A stretch of DNA of 45,134 nucleotides from the IMG/VR virus record IMGVR_UViG_3300032373_000031, positions 1 through 45,134 of that record; one strand, given 5' to 3'. The translations under genes were made by a program, and so were the position numbers. Each line of letters opens with the position of its first letter. The first letter of the stretch is position 1. The stretch comes from a virus (taxonomy: Duplodnaviria > Caudoviricetes). Under the pieces are notes generated by a model, which was not told where the DNA came from, did no database searches, and was given only the letters and a program-made list of their open reading frames with translations. Below are positions 1-10,247 of this stretch, piece by piece.

Positions 1-126
1 AGCAAAGTCTACGTTGTTTTCATTAGCTGCTTCACGGATACTTTCTTCCAAGGATGACAACTGGTCTAGTTCTACTGAAGCACCAGCATCACCAAGCAGG
101 CCAGAAGCAGACAAAGTAGCGTTAAG
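1..126 (+). repeat. Terminal overlap copy 1 (circular-assembly artefact)
   Basis: 1-126 is identical to 45008-45133 and lies inside a continuous ORF. Confidence 0.95.
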
Positions 127-522
127 TTGAGCAGCAACACGTGGGTTACGGCTGTTCTGACGTATTACACCTTTAATTTGAGCCTGAACAGCCATAGGAG
201 AGAGCCTGCCCTGTGCCTCACCAGCCAACAGAGTGTTAATACGGTCTCCTGCCTGCTTAAAAGCTGCCTTATCTCCCTCACCTAGAGCCTCAGCACGCTG
301 CTTTAGTGCAGTTTTGAAATCAACCACACCCTCTGATGCCTGTTGCTGTATACTTTCTAGCTCAGACGTAGCTCTGTTAGTGTCAACTGCAGTTTTAATA
401 CCTGCTGCTGCCTCCAGTACCGCACCTGCTGCTGCTAAGCCTGAACCTACAGCACTAGCGCCTCTCTGATTATCGAAAGGTAGCCGTGGCTCTGCTACAA
501 AGTCTTGAAATGGGCCAGCCAT
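1..522 (-). CDS. Internal virion (ejection) protein, 5' part; continues across the junction to 43619 (636 aa total)
   Basis: ATG at 522 (MAGPFQDFVAEPRLPFDNQRG...) reads open to base 1 and is in frame with ORF 43619..45121; lies right after the 1411-aa gene; not in the ORF track. Confidence 0.8.
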   Translation of the reverse strand, partial: MAGPFQDFVAEPRLPFDNQRGASAVGSGLAAAGAVLEAAAGIKTAVDTNRATSELESIQQQASEGVVDFKTALKQRAEALGEGDKAAFKQAGDRINTLLAGEAQGRLSPMAVQAQIKGVIRQNSRNPRVAAQLNATLSASGLLGDAGASVELDQLSSLEESIREAANENNVDFA

Positions 523-523
523 A

Positions 524-3500
524 TTATTGTTCCTCGTCTACAGTTATTGAGCCTACTGGTATATTTTCTACACCTTGGCTAATTTGTTTTAGTACTTCTC
601 TAGCCTGCTTTTCTTCTTTAGAATTAACAGGGAATGCTTTCTTGTACGCTGAAGCTACAATAGATTGCTTCTCACTAGGGGTAAGACCAGCAAACAACAG
701 AGTAGTCATACCTTGGAAAGACTTCTTAGCTTCTTCTTCATGTCTACGACCGTAGTATTCCAGTATCTGCACTGTGTACTGGTCTGACACATCCTTGAGG
801 TACTGCTTTCTCTCGTAAAGGTACTGCCCAGTCTGCCACATCTTACTTTCACGCAAGGTAGACAAGCCTAGACCCTTAGCTACTATAGCAGGCCAATCTG
901 TTTCAGGGTTTACTCTAAACAGCAGTCCACCTTTACTGTCCCTAGCCTGACCCATTGAGTACCAGCCATATGCTTTAGAGGCATTAGACCAAGTTGAGGT
1001 AATGTCAAGGTACTTGTCAGCTACGTTGAGCATAGTAGGGGCGTCAAAGTTGTACACTGCTGCAGGTAGAGTATGCGCCGAGTACTCAAGAGCCTTAGCT
1101 AGACGTACTGGAACCTGCCCGAAGGCACCAATAATAACCTCTGCCATGTCAGCATCATCAGCCATGATACCAGTAAGCAAGTCAGTAAGGCCAGAGGAGA
1201 TACTGAACCTGTTACTGTCCAGACCACCGAAGCCTACTACCTCGTTACTAAGCCACCCCATTGCGCCCCCGTTGAAAGCAGACTGCTCCTCTTCTGTCAT
1301 CAGCGTTGGGCTATCCTCCCACACCTCGGATACAGCTTTAGCAAGATCGTCACCCAGTAGTGGGACACCAGCAGCACCGAATAGAGCCATCTGTGTCAGC
1401 ATTAGTTGACCACGCTTAGTCTTAGACAGGTTAGAAGCACCACTACCCAAGCTAGGCGCTAGCATCTCAAGATACTTAGTGCTGATCTGCAGGAACTGGG
1501 TAGGGATAGAGATAGCACCGTCCTGCCATATAGCTTTGTTGGAACTATTCAGGTTAAGAGTGTACTGGAGACTGTCCTTAGTGATCTGATTAGCAGCACC
1601 TTGGGTCATACGAGCGCCGGGGTTAGCCTTAGCCCAGTCAGCATAAGCATTAGACCAGCCGTACAGACGGGTAAAGCCTTCCCCTTCTCTAAAGAACATA
1701 AGACGGCTATCCCATATCTTCTTAAAGGTTGACTGGCTAATAGACATACCAGCTTTGTAAGCTTCATAGTCAGCGTTAGACCGCAGTGACTGCATCAGCC
1801 CAGTGTTGTGCATAGCTGTTACTGTTTCCTCGTACTCATCCGCACTCCTAAAGCCCGCAGGTTTGTACAGCTTCTTAGCCATAGCTTTAAGACCAGCAGG
1901 ATTACCCGCCTCAAGCAACTGTGAACCGTAGCGTAACCCAAGGGTACGGCCAAAGTTACCAGCGAACCTCTCAGGGTTAAGGCTGAAAGCAATAGAGGCA
2001 CCAGTGGCCTGCACTAGAAGCTGAGCAGGGTTCCAATTCCCCAATAGAGCATTAAAAGCAAGGCTCCTGCCAAGAGCAAACGGGTCGCTACTATAGGCAA
2101 TAAGGTTGTTATGGATACTTTGGAGAGTTTTACTTTTGTCGAGGGGTTTATAGCCAAGTACTCCTTTTTCCATACCAGCAGCAAATGACTGCATAGTACT
2201 AGCCCACGCTTTCTGCTCAGGGTCAGGCATACCTACCTGTGCCCTAAGCCAGTTACGAAGGCGATTAATTTGATCGGCAGTCTTAGGGTTAACCCCCTGC
2301 TTAATTTGTGATGTCCACACATTTGGGTTCTCAAGGTTACTGCCAAAGGTGTTAGTGAACTTCTGTATAGCCTGCAGCTTAAACTCATTGAAGCTAGCTA
2401 CCTTAGCAACGTGGCCCATCATACGTTCCATAGAGTCAACAGCACTGAGGCGCTCTGGTGTTACGTTGTCCAGACCAAAGCCAATCTCTCTACTTGAACG
2501 TGCAGAAGAGTACAGCCCACCATAGCTAACGTTCTCCATATTCTCGTATGCACGAGGGTCAAGGTTGTTTACAATAGACTGGCGGTACGTAACACCGGGT
2601 TCACCCTTAGCCGCCATCTCAGCTACAAACTGTTCTGCTTCGTCAAACCTGTCAAACATTCTTTCAGTACGTACAGCACCTTCAGCCTTGGCTACACCGT
2701 TAACCTCACCTGCACGGAACGAACGCACCACTACGTTAGAAGTAGGACGGATACGAGTAACATAACCGGGCTGGTAGTGTAACACTGCGTCAGGTAGATC
2801 ACCCACATCGTCAGCCTTAGCTACAATGTAGTCGTAGTTCTTAACACCAGTGCTATCCTCAAGGCGGACAGTATTACGTGACTTGTATAGGTTTAACCTG
2901 CCTGCTGTAATGTCATCCTGCAGGTCAGCGTATACACGTATCTGTCCAGTGGTGTTGTCGAACACCTGAGCTATCGCTTCGTCAGGCTGTGACACCTGCT
3001 TAACAACAGCGTTCTCACCTAACTCTTTGATAGACGGGTCAAGACCATTCTTGCCTAGCTGTAGATTACTGTAGCCTTCAAACTGTAGCTGCCTACGAGT
3101 AGCGTGGTTCTTAATACCCCACAACTTATCGAACATATCTCTAGCAGCGTAATAGCTGGATGCTTCCTCTGGTGACAGACGTACTGTACCACCTGAAGTA
3201 GGGACACCCTCAACAGTAAGCTCACGTAGGTTGTATATTCTGCCACGGATAGCACCATCACGGAAGCTATCACCAGCCAAGAGTACATCGTCTACCTTAG
3301 CAATACCTTCTTTAGTAATGCCAGAGTATACACCCTTTGCTGCGTCCTCAAGGTTCTTAAAGTTCTTCTTAGTTAAGAAGTCCTTGAGTAGGGTTGACTG
3401 CTCTACTACGTCTTCTTTGATCTTAGAGAACAAGGTAGCGGGCGAGGTTAGGTAACCCTTAGTCCTACCAAATGTCATAGCACCGTCAAAGGAACCAATA

Positions 3501-4759
3501 TCGTTAGCACTTAAGGTGTACTCAAATGGCTCTACTGCCCCATCAGGGCGAGTGATGTTACCAGTTACCTTGTTACCATCAAAGGATATGTCTACATCTT
3601 TAACGTTAGGGCGCTGTTTAATCTCCTGCTCAAGGGTGTTACGAATACTTGCCATCTCGTCTGCACGCATAACCCCATCTTGGGATATAGTTACCCTAGC
3701 TACCTCCTCATCTACTACAGCCTTACGCCTAGCCAGCGACTGGGCTACTTCATCAGCAACCTCATCAGTAGCACCGGCAAACAACTCCTCGTACCTAAAT
3801 GGGTTAGCTGTAGCCTGTACATCAGCAGTAACAAGGTTCTCTTGCTTGACAGCAGTAGCACCTTCTTCAATGATGTCAGCAGTGTGCTCGCCAGCAGCTA
3901 CTTCGCCAGCTACGTTCTTAAGTCTTTTAATAGAGTTCAGACCTTTAACAGTTTTAACAACACTAGCGGCACCCATAAGTCCGAGGGTAGCTCGCTCAAT
4001 ACCTAAGCTAAGGTCAAGGGTGTCGTCTAGTCCAGTCATGTTAGCGATAACTTCAGCAGTGATTAGGCTGTTGCCTGTTGCTTCCTGTACTGACTCAATG
4101 ATACCCGGCAGTATAGCTGCACGCTTCTCTACAGGCAGTGACCGTATAGCAAAGGTGATCTCGTCAATGTCAGTGACACCTAAGCCCTCAATACCTTTAA
4201 TCTCATTCAAAGAGTATAGGTAGTTGCCCGGTATCATTAGACCGCCAAAGTCAATAACCTTATCCAGTACACCCTCATCCTCAAGGAACTTACCAAGTAA
4301 TGCACGGCTGTAGTCTTTGAAGCTCTCCTCTTTAACAAACCTGTCACTTACTTCCTTACCTGAGTAGGAGATAACCATAGCTTCTTGCAAGCCTGTCTCA
4401 GACGAGCGTAGTTCTTCATTAGCAGAAACCAATGAGGCTGCTGCATCTACACCGTCTCTATCACGTAGGTCAGGGGTAGACGAAACAATGTCTACTATCT
4501 CCGAGTTCTCCTCAGCAACAAACCTATCAACAGCATTGCCTGCAGATGCTTGAGCACCAATAGCATCAAACTCTGCCTGAGCAGATACTAGGGCATCAGA
4601 GAATTTGATACCTTGGTTGATAGACTGAAGAGCAGCAACCGAGTTGACAACGTAGTTATCCATGTAGGACGACCCTGTTGAACTTACTTGGCCTGCTTCT
4701 CTAGTCTTCTTAAGTGCCTTGTCTACTGACCGAGGCTGGTCTACGTCACCGAGTTCCAC
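524..4759 (-). CDS. Large internal virion/DNA-ejection protein (1411 aa)
   Basis: Largest ORF, downstream of tail genes; size and position match T7 gp16-like core proteins. Confidence 0.7.
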   Translation of the reverse strand: MELGDVDQPRSVDKALKKTREAGQVSSTGSSYMDNYVVNSVAALQSINQGIKFSDALVSAQAEFDAIGAQASAGNAVDRFVAEENSEIVDIVSSTPDLRDRDGVDAAASLVSANEELRSSETGLQEAMVISYSGKEVSDRFVKEESFKDYSRALLGKFLEDEGVLDKVIDFGGLMIPGNYLYSLNEIKGIEGLGVTDIDEITFAIRSLPVEKRAAILPGIIESVQEATGNSLITAEVIANMTGLDDTLDLSLGIERATLGLMGAASVVKTVKGLNSIKRLKNVAGEVAAGEHTADIIEEGATAVKQENLVTADVQATANPFRYEELFAGATDEVADEVAQSLARRKAVVDEEVARVTISQDGVMRADEMASIRNTLEQEIKQRPNVKDVDISFDGNKVTGNITRPDGAVEPFEYTLSANDIGSFDGAMTFGRTKGYLTSPATLFSKIKEDVVEQSTLLKDFLTKKNFKNLEDAAKGVYSGITKEGIAKVDDVLLAGDSFRDGAIRGRIYNLRELTVEGVPTSGGTVRLSPEEASSYYAARDMFDKLWGIKNHATRRQLQFEGYSNLQLGKNGLDPSIKELGENAVVKQVSQPDEAIAQVFDNTTGQIRVYADLQDDITAGRLNLYKSRNTVRLEDSTGVKNYDYIVAKADDVGDLPDAVLHYQPGYVTRIRPTSNVVVRSFRAGEVNGVAKAEGAVRTERMFDRFDEAEQFVAEMAAKGEPGVTYRQSIVNNLDPRAYENMENVSYGGLYSSARSSREIGFGLDNVTPERLSAVDSMERMMGHVAKVASFNEFKLQAIQKFTNTFGSNLENPNVWTSQIKQGVNPKTADQINRLRNWLRAQVGMPDPEQKAWASTMQSFAAGMEKGVLGYKPLDKSKTLQSIHNNLIAYSSDPFALGRSLAFNALLGNWNPAQLLVQATGASIAFSLNPERFAGNFGRTLGLRYGSQLLEAGNPAGLKAMAKKLYKPAGFRSADEYEETVTAMHNTGLMQSLRSNADYEAYKAGMSISQSTFKKIWDSRLMFFREGEGFTRLYGWSNAYADWAKANPGARMTQGAANQITKDSLQYTLNLNSSNKAIWQDGAISIPTQFLQISTKYLEMLAPSLGSGASNLSKTKRGQLMLTQMALFGAAGVPLLGDDLAKAVSEVWEDSPTLMTEEEQSAFNGGAMGWLSNEVVGFGGLDSNRFSISSGLTDLLTGIMADDADMAEVIIGAFGQVPVRLAKALEYSAHTLPAAVYNFDAPTMLNVADKYLDITSTWSNASKAYGWYSMGQARDSKGGLLFRVNPETDWPAIVAKGLGLSTLRESKMWQTGQYLYERKQYLKDVSDQYTVQILEYYGRRHEEEAKKSFQGMTTLLFAGLTPSEKQSIVASAYKKAFPVNSKEEKQAREVLKQISQGVENIPVGSITVDEEQ

Positions 4760-5151
4760 TAGCCGAACACTCCTGATTGAGCAGTCTTACTAACACTACC
4801 TGCGAAAGAGTTTATACCTTGAGCTAAGGACTGCATAGACCTAGCACTAGCGATAGAGTTCTGTATCTGCGCCACAGTGTTAATGAAGTTGACGTTACCT
4901 CTGGCCTGCTGCACTACACCTTCGCTACCAGACACTACACTAGACGAGTCCAGCCCAGCACCTGAGTTGATACCTGCTTGGTTAATCTGTGCTGCTTTGA
5001 TGCGTGACTCACGTAGCTGTGCTGTACGCTGGCGCTGGTTCTGTACTGCGCTTAGCCTACGTTGCCGCTTAGCTGCCTTAACACTGCTAACGGTATTAAC
5101 CACCGCTGCCCCTGCTGCAACCACTGTCGCTACTGCTGCTACTGTTGCCAT
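4759..5151 (-). CDS. Small internal virion protein (T7 gp14-like position)
   Basis: Hydrophobic Ala/Val N-terminus, Gln/Arg helix, Gly/Ser segment; synteny. Confidence 0.6.
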   Translation of the reverse strand: MATVAAVATVVAAGAAVVNTVSSVKAAKRQRRLSAVQNQRQRTAQLRESRIKAAQINQAGINSGAGLDSSSVVSGSEGVVQQARGNVNFINTVAQIQNSIASARSMQSLAQGINSFAGSVSKTAQSGVFG

Positions 5152-5152
5152 G

Positions 5153-5626
5153 TTACTTTCCTAAGTCAAGAGAGTAGACTACTTCGTCTAACTCAAAGTT
5201 ATTATTCTTTAGTAGCTTCTCAAACTTCTGGTCTACTTTCATCCCGATACGTAGCCACTTAGCCTGAAGCATGTCACACATCCCTACCATAAACTCCATC
5301 AGAGTAAAGATAGCTGAGCCACCCCTGTGCTCTGGCGCTACGTACAGTATATCTACAGAGCATAGGGCCTTACTGCGGTGGTGTAGGTGGGGCTGTTTCA
5401 ACATAACGAAGTACCCAATTATCTTACCGTCTATCCTAAGTACCACTACAAACAAGTTCTGCTTCTGTTCAAGCAACCTGTATATATCGAAGTCAGGGTC
5501 TAGTTCAATACCTTGCTCAACGTAGCCGGGTTCATTCTCTATGTACTGCTCTTCTAGTAAGGGTAATAGTTCCGGCAGTACTTCGTCAAACTTCTCTATA
5601 CCTATCTTAAGGTCTTCCTGAGCCAC
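5153..5626 (-). CDS. GNAT-fold acetyltransferase-like virion assembly protein
   Basis: GNAT motif A-like DILYVAPEHRGG; sits between tail tube B and internal proteins. Confidence 0.7.
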   Translation of the reverse strand: MAQEDLKIGIEKFDEVLPELLPLLEEQYIENEPGYVEQGIELDPDFDIYRLLEQKQNLFVVVLRIDGKIIGYFVMLKQPHLHHRSKALCSVDILYVAPEHRGGSAIFTLMEFMVGMCDMLQAKWLRIGMKVDQKFEKLLKNNNFELDEVVYSLDLGK

Positions 5627-7031
5627 TACCTGTAATCCCCCAACCTAATATGTGAATATCTTTTTCTGGCTGTGTTTCAAATTTAAGTGATAGAACTTTA
5701 CCGCTACCTTTAGGGTTCATCTTAGTAGACACAACAGTAGCGCTGTAGTTGAATGTGTCAGTTACACTTTCAGGTATATACTGGTCTGGTAGCAAGTACC
5801 CTTGTTCTTTCTGTAGTTCCTCAATGCGGTAGTCATCGTAGACTTCATCGGGGTTAGTCTCCCAGTCCCATAGGAATGACACCAGTACCCCTGAAGGGTT
5901 GGCAAACTGTAGGTACCCATCATCATCATCAATGAAGCCAGTCTCTGTGCGCTTACAGTGTAGCTGTATAGAGTTAGCCCGCTTGTTGCGCTGAGTATCT
6001 CCAAAGCTTTCGTACCCAGTGATGAGGGTACCCTTGGCATCAGTAGTACCCCAATCCTTAAAGGAGCTATTGTTAAAGACACCAAAGGAGATAGCCTTTG
6101 TAGTGCCATCGTTGTACAGAGTTAGGTACCGAGTAGCTGAGGATGTTCTACGTGCGTTTACTTTATCGTCTACTGTTACTAGCTCGCCGCTGTCTACAGT
6201 TACAGCATTCTCACCCACCATTACCTGCAGTGTGCGGACACTCTTGACTTCAGAGTCAGCCACAAAGTAGCCAGATACGCCTTCGTTAATCCCTGTGTTA
6301 ACTGAAGTACTCAGAGTGTTGATATGGAAAGCATTAAAGACTGTGCTAAAGATCATCTCTTTATTGTACACATGCCTGTTGTCAATGCCGTTGTAGGTCT
6401 CAGAACTATTATACAGCCACCGTACCTCACGGCTAAGCGGGTCGTAGCTACCTCTAGCATTCTGTCTAGCAGGCTTGGAGATAGAGGTGTACTCAGACTG
6501 GATAGTCTGTTCTGTAATGTTTGTCTCTTGTAGGACTAGGTTAACTTCACTAGGGCTGAGCAGGTATATTCCACCCTTGGCCCAAAACAAGATAACGTTG
6601 TCAGCTACTACAATGCTCTGCTTACTGTCTGCTGCTACGTCAGTCACCTTAGTTACACCGTAGCCAGTAGCACTAAAGCCACTCTCGTTGTTACCCAGCA
6701 ACTGCCACACACCGTTGTCACTAAAGATGACTAGGCTGTTAGCTAATGGTACCATCTTAAAGATACGCCTAGCGCCACTGATGAAGGAGTACCCGCCATC
6801 GGTGTCTACTAAGTCTGATACAGTTTCAGAGGTGGGGTCAGCCTCCTGATAACATTTATCGTACTTATCTTTACTGTCCACTACCTGTGTGTAGAATACA
6901 AATGCACCGAGGTTAGGTGACCTATCATCACCACTAATAACCTTAGACGAGGCACCAGAGTAGAACAAGCGACCAGCGAACTGTGCCACCGCTGTTATAC
7001 CTGAGTCATTTCTGTCAGCTAGGAAAGCCAT
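5607..7031 (-). CDS. Tail tubular protein B (nozzle), C-terminal part
   Basis: AVAQFAGRLFYSG, CYQEADPTSE..SDLVDTDGG and C-terminal GSGKVLSLKFET..KDIHILGW resemble beta-propeller podovirus nozzle proteins; own RBS (GGAG). Confidence 0.75.
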   Translation of the reverse strand: MAFLADRNDSGITAVAQFAGRLFYSGASSKVISGDDRSPNLGAFVFYTQVVDSKDKYDKCYQEADPTSETVSDLVDTDGGYSFISGARRIFKMVPLANSLVIFSDNGVWQLLGNNESGFSATGYGVTKVTDVAADSKQSIVVADNVILFWAKGGIYLLSPSEVNLVLQETNITEQTIQSEYTSISKPARQNARGSYDPLSREVRWLYNSSETYNGIDNRHVYNKEMIFSTVFNAFHINTLSTSVNTGINEGVSGYFVADSEVKSVRTLQVMVGENAVTVDSGELVTVDDKVNARRTSSATRYLTLYNDGTTKAISFGVFNNSSFKDWGTTDAKGTLITGYESFGDTQRNKRANSIQLHCKRTETGFIDDDDGYLQFANPSGVLVSFLWDWETNPDEVYDDYRIEELQKEQGYLLPDQYIPESVTDTFNYSATVVSTKMNPKGSGKVLSLKFETQPEKDIHILGWGITGSGSGRP

Positions 7032-7939
7032 TATATTTGAAACTCCGGCGCTTCTGTGATAGAGAAGTCGCCACTAGATGTACCTACGGTTCTAGTACCA
7101 CTGCCTACAGACGAGCCACCATAGCCAGTAGTAAAGGCTGCATCTCTGGAACTACCCCTATCAAACGGGTCAATGATAAACTTACCTTTAGGAGCAGGGG
7201 TACCTTGGAAATCTACCTTAACAAGCTCTGCAGGGTCAAAGTTATTCTCGTCATCCCTACCAAGGAATACTACATCAGCGTTACTAGGGTATACACCTTG
7301 ACTAGAGAAGAAGTCAGTGATGCGTGTAGAAGTCCAGCCTTGGTTAAGCAGGTTATACTTGTGCTCGTTTGATAAAGTGGCTGGGCGGTTATCAGTCTGT
7401 AGCCCATCGTCAATACCGAACCTATCACGTATCTTAATGTTACGGGCAGACTGCGATACAACATCAGAGTCTACATCATAGGTCAGCACATTGATATACT
7501 TGGACCCGGTAACAACAATGAGGGAACCGTCAAGGGAAGTAGTCTCAACAGCAAACTCCTCGTCGATGTCTACCAACTCTAGTACGTTCTCACTGTTCTT
7601 AAGACTGGCGCTTACTGTTTCAGCGAAGGCGTCAAAGAATAAAAGGTATTTACCTATCTGCACAACTACAAGACCGATGTTCGGGTCTTCATCTACGTTG
7701 TACCATTCGTGTACACTGATGGCAACAGGACCGATAGTGGAGTTGGTGTAAGGTATCTTAATACCCTTACCGTTGTTCTCAAAGCCAAGACCAAACCTAC
7801 GCTGACGTGAGCCATCAAGGTTCAGTACTAGGTTCTCATCAACAACCGAAGCATTCTCAGGAAAGGCTAAGAGGTTTGCCTCAGTAATCAACCCTCTGAC
7901 GAAGGTGTTGATCTCTTTATTTATCGGCGCTCTAGCCAT
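7031..7939 (-). CDS. Tail tubular protein B (nozzle), N-terminal part
   Basis: NTFVRGLITEA..FPENAS..DENLVLNLDGSRQRRFG is a typical nozzle-protein N-terminus. Confidence 0.75.
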   Translation of the reverse strand: MARAPINKEINTFVRGLITEANLLAFPENASVVDENLVLNLDGSRQRRFGLGFENNGKGIKIPYTNSTIGPVAISVHEWYNVDEDPNIGLVVVQIGKYLLFFDAFAETVSASLKNSENVLELVDIDEEFAVETTSLDGSLIVVTGSKYINVLTYDVDSDVVSQSARNIKIRDRFGIDDGLQTDNRPATLSNEHKYNLLNQGWTSTRITDFFSSQGVYPSNADVVFLGRDDENNFDPAELVKVDFQGTPAPKGKFIIDPFDRGSSRDAAFTTGYGGSSVGSGTRTVGTSSGDFSITEAPEFQI

Positions 7940-7941
7940 GA

Positions 7942-8163
7942 TTACTCTTTTTGTTTAGGTGGTTTAGTCTGTACTTTTTTCTTAGCTTTAATACTCTTAG
8001 CTTTATTTTCCAGACCTTCTTCGTAAGTATTGATAGCGTTCTGTGCTCTGTGCTTTGAAGTGTATGCTGTTCTTAGCTCTGCTGGTACTGCACCAGCCCC
8101 ACTCTCCCTTACTACAAAGTATAACATACCCTGAGAGTTAGGCTTGACTGTTAAGCTTGCCAC
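7942..8163 (-). CDS. Small basic hypothetical protein (73 aa)
   Basis: Coupled between tail tube A and B genes. Confidence 0.7.
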   Translation of the reverse strand: MASLTVKPNSQGMLYFVVRESGAGAVPAELRTAYTSKHRAQNAINTYEEGLENKAKSIKAKKKVQTKPPKQKE

Positions 8164-8918
8164 TATTTCTTACTCCGTCTACCATATGAAGGCAGAGAGT
8201 ATCCCCTACCAGTTGTTCTTGATTTACGTGATAGCCACTGCTGCTGCCTACGTGACTTCTGCTCTGCCTTAACGTTACTCTCTTGTGCAATGTCAACAAA
8301 GGCTACAGACTTAGCCTCAGCTAGTAGCCAAGGTAGTGCTTCTTCTGGCAGGTCTGGAACATAGTCGTCTTCAAATAGGAAGTCACTAGTAGTAACTACA
8401 TAGGTCTGTTGTTTCTCTTCTCTGATAGTAGAGTCTACAGCCTTATCAAAGCTGTCGAACACAACACTCTTCTGGTCAAAGCTAGTCCAGTACTCAGGAG
8501 CTTTGTCATCCTTGATTAGGATACTGGTGCCTGTAGGGTCTTCAACCTCAACCACATCAGACTTACTACTGTTGCGTGAGTTAGTGAAGTCAAGGAAATC
8601 TATTGGAGTTTTATACTCGATAGTCCTGAACTTCTTACGGGTATCAGTAGTCTTAGCTACGTCGTATCTGATCTCAATGATCTCTTTAACACTGGAAGGA
8701 ATAATCAAATGAGTAGGAGTAGCCGCACCTCTAGGCTGTAGACCCTGTAGCTCCTTCTTGTGTGGCCAGTTACGGTTAGCCAATCCTTCAAAGTATGTAT
8801 CCCTAACAATGGCGGCTACTTGGTACGACCGTGTAGTCTCATCAATAGTATCAACAGTCTTCTCCTCAAGAGGCTCAAGGATGCTGTTAACAATATCTAG
8901 TAAGTTACGCTGCGCCAT
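8163..8918 (-). CDS. Tail tubular protein A (adaptor, T7 gp11-like)
   Basis: LLDIVNSIL...VDTIDET..S.QVA N-terminus; synteny. Confidence 0.75.
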   Translation of the reverse strand: MAQRNLLDIVNSILEPLEEKTVDTIDETTRSYQVAAIVRDTYFEGLANRNWPHKKELQGLQPRGAATPTHLIIPSSVKEIIEIRYDVAKTTDTRKKFRTIEYKTPIDFLDFTNSRNSSKSDVVEVEDPTGTSILIKDDKAPEYWTSFDQKSVVFDSFDKAVDSTIREEKQQTYVVTTSDFLFEDDYVPDLPEEALPWLLAEAKSVAFVDIAQESNVKAEQKSRRQQQWLSRKSRTTGRGYSLPSYGRRSKK

Positions 8919-9595
8919 TATGTAGTGCCTCCAAACAACTTATGCACTAGGATAGTGAAGTCCCAAAAGGATATGGACGAGTTAGTAGTGATATACGTTT
9001 CTGCTCCGTTAGTTATAAAGGTGCTACCTACAAATACTAAGGTAGTAATTGATACGTTGTTGGTTGTAGAAGAACCTTTATTGAGAGAAATAGAGCGCGA
9101 GTCAATAACGCCGAGGCTACCACCAATATCAAACTCAAGGTCAAAGTAGGGGGAAGTCGCATTTGTACTGGCCTTACACTGGAAACGTACTAGATATGTA
9201 TCGTTCTCGCTTTCAGGCATTATCTTACCTGTAGTAGTGTTGTAAATAGCTACTCCTGAAGGGTCGCCAATACTGGTGGTGCCGCCGTTATTGATTATCT
9301 TTGTGCGGTTTCCACTAGTCAGGGATAGCTTGGATGAAGAGGTGTAAGTACTATCAGCCCGGTAGTTCCATGCTACGTGACGTGACGGCACCCACAGACC
9401 AGTAGCACTATCATACGTAGGGATGTCATATGCCTTAAGAGGACTAGTGGTGTCAAAGCCTGCACCAGCCATAGCCCCTGAATTAAACTCTGTAGTACCG
9501 TCACCGTTAGCTACGAGTACCTGATTTGCACTAGCCGTACTGGCCCCTTTAGGTTCGTGAATGTTCGGGTCTGTTATTTTAGAGTGCTGAGTCAT
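8918..9595 (-). CDS. Virion fibre/appendage protein with HEPKG anchor (paralog 2)
   Basis: HSKITDPNIHEPKGASTASANQVLVANGDGT N-terminus followed by a beta-rich domain. Confidence 0.55.
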   Translation of the reverse strand: MTQHSKITDPNIHEPKGASTASANQVLVANGDGTTEFNSGAMAGAGFDTTSPLKAYDIPTYDSATGLWVPSRHVAWNYRADSTYTSSSKLSLTSGNRTKIINNGGTTSIGDPSGVAIYNTTTGKIMPESENDTYLVRFQCKASTNATSPYFDLEFDIGGSLGVIDSRSISLNKGSSTTNNVSITTLVFVGSTFITNGAETYITTNSSISFWDFTILVHKLFGGTT

Positions 9596-9603
9596 CTGTT
9601 TTC

Positions 9604-10176
9604 CTATTGATAAAATACTGCCACAGAGCCAGAGGCAAAGGCTGCGTCCGAGGTAACACGTACCCTGTCTACTACTATACCATCTGCGTCGTAGCTACCA
9701 GCATACCAGAATAGAGATGAGGTACCTGAGTCCATAGCTGCTGCACCTGATACTACAAACAGGTTTGCTTCGGAGCGCTGTATCTCTACTGTTGCTCTAC
9801 AAGTCTGTGATGTTGAGGCAGTGTCACCTATATGGAAGCCGTCTGTCTCCGTACCCATACCACCTACTATACCTACATCACATAGATACCCAGTAGTTCT
9901 GATAGAGCTAGCGTCACCTAGTTGTATAATTGGGGTTCTGTTGGCGTTGTAGAAAACAACCCGTATAGTCTTAGCAGTGGAGGGGATACCCGTAAAGGTC
10001 ACAGATGCTTGACTGGTTAAATCTTTTTCTTCAAGGAAGGTGTACCCACCTGTATTCTGGTCTACCCATTCAGTAGTACCATCACCTTTACTGGAAAGCA
10101 ATTGGCCAGCACTAGCTGTACTGGCTCCCTTAGGTTCGTGTCTATCAACATCTTCAATATTTTTGTGGCTAACCAT
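9604..10176 (-). CDS. Virion fibre/appendage protein with HEPKG anchor (paralog 1)
   Basis: HKNIEDVDRHEPKGASTASAGQLLSSKGDGT N-terminus with a different beta-rich C-terminal domain. Confidence 0.55.
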   Translation of the reverse strand: MVSHKNIEDVDRHEPKGASTASAGQLLSSKGDGTTEWVDQNTGGYTFLEEKDLTSQASVTFTGIPSTAKTIRVVFYNANRTPIIQLGDASSIRTTGYLCDVGIVGGMGTETDGFHIGDTASTSQTCRATVEIQRSEANLFVVSGAAAMDSGTSSLFWYAGSYDADGIVVDRVRVTSDAAFASGSVAVFYQ

Positions 10177-10194
10177 TAATACACACCAAGCTAA

Positions 10195-10226
10195 AGTTTA
10201 AGTAGGGGCCAGCCGTAGCCAGCCCC
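10195..10226 (-). terminator. Probable intrinsic terminator after the capsid genes
   Basis: Minus strand GGGGCUGGC-UACG-GCUGGCCCC stem with a UNCG loop and only a weak U/A tail. Confidence 0.65.
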
Positions 10227-10247
10227 GGTTATCTTAAGTATTAGTGG

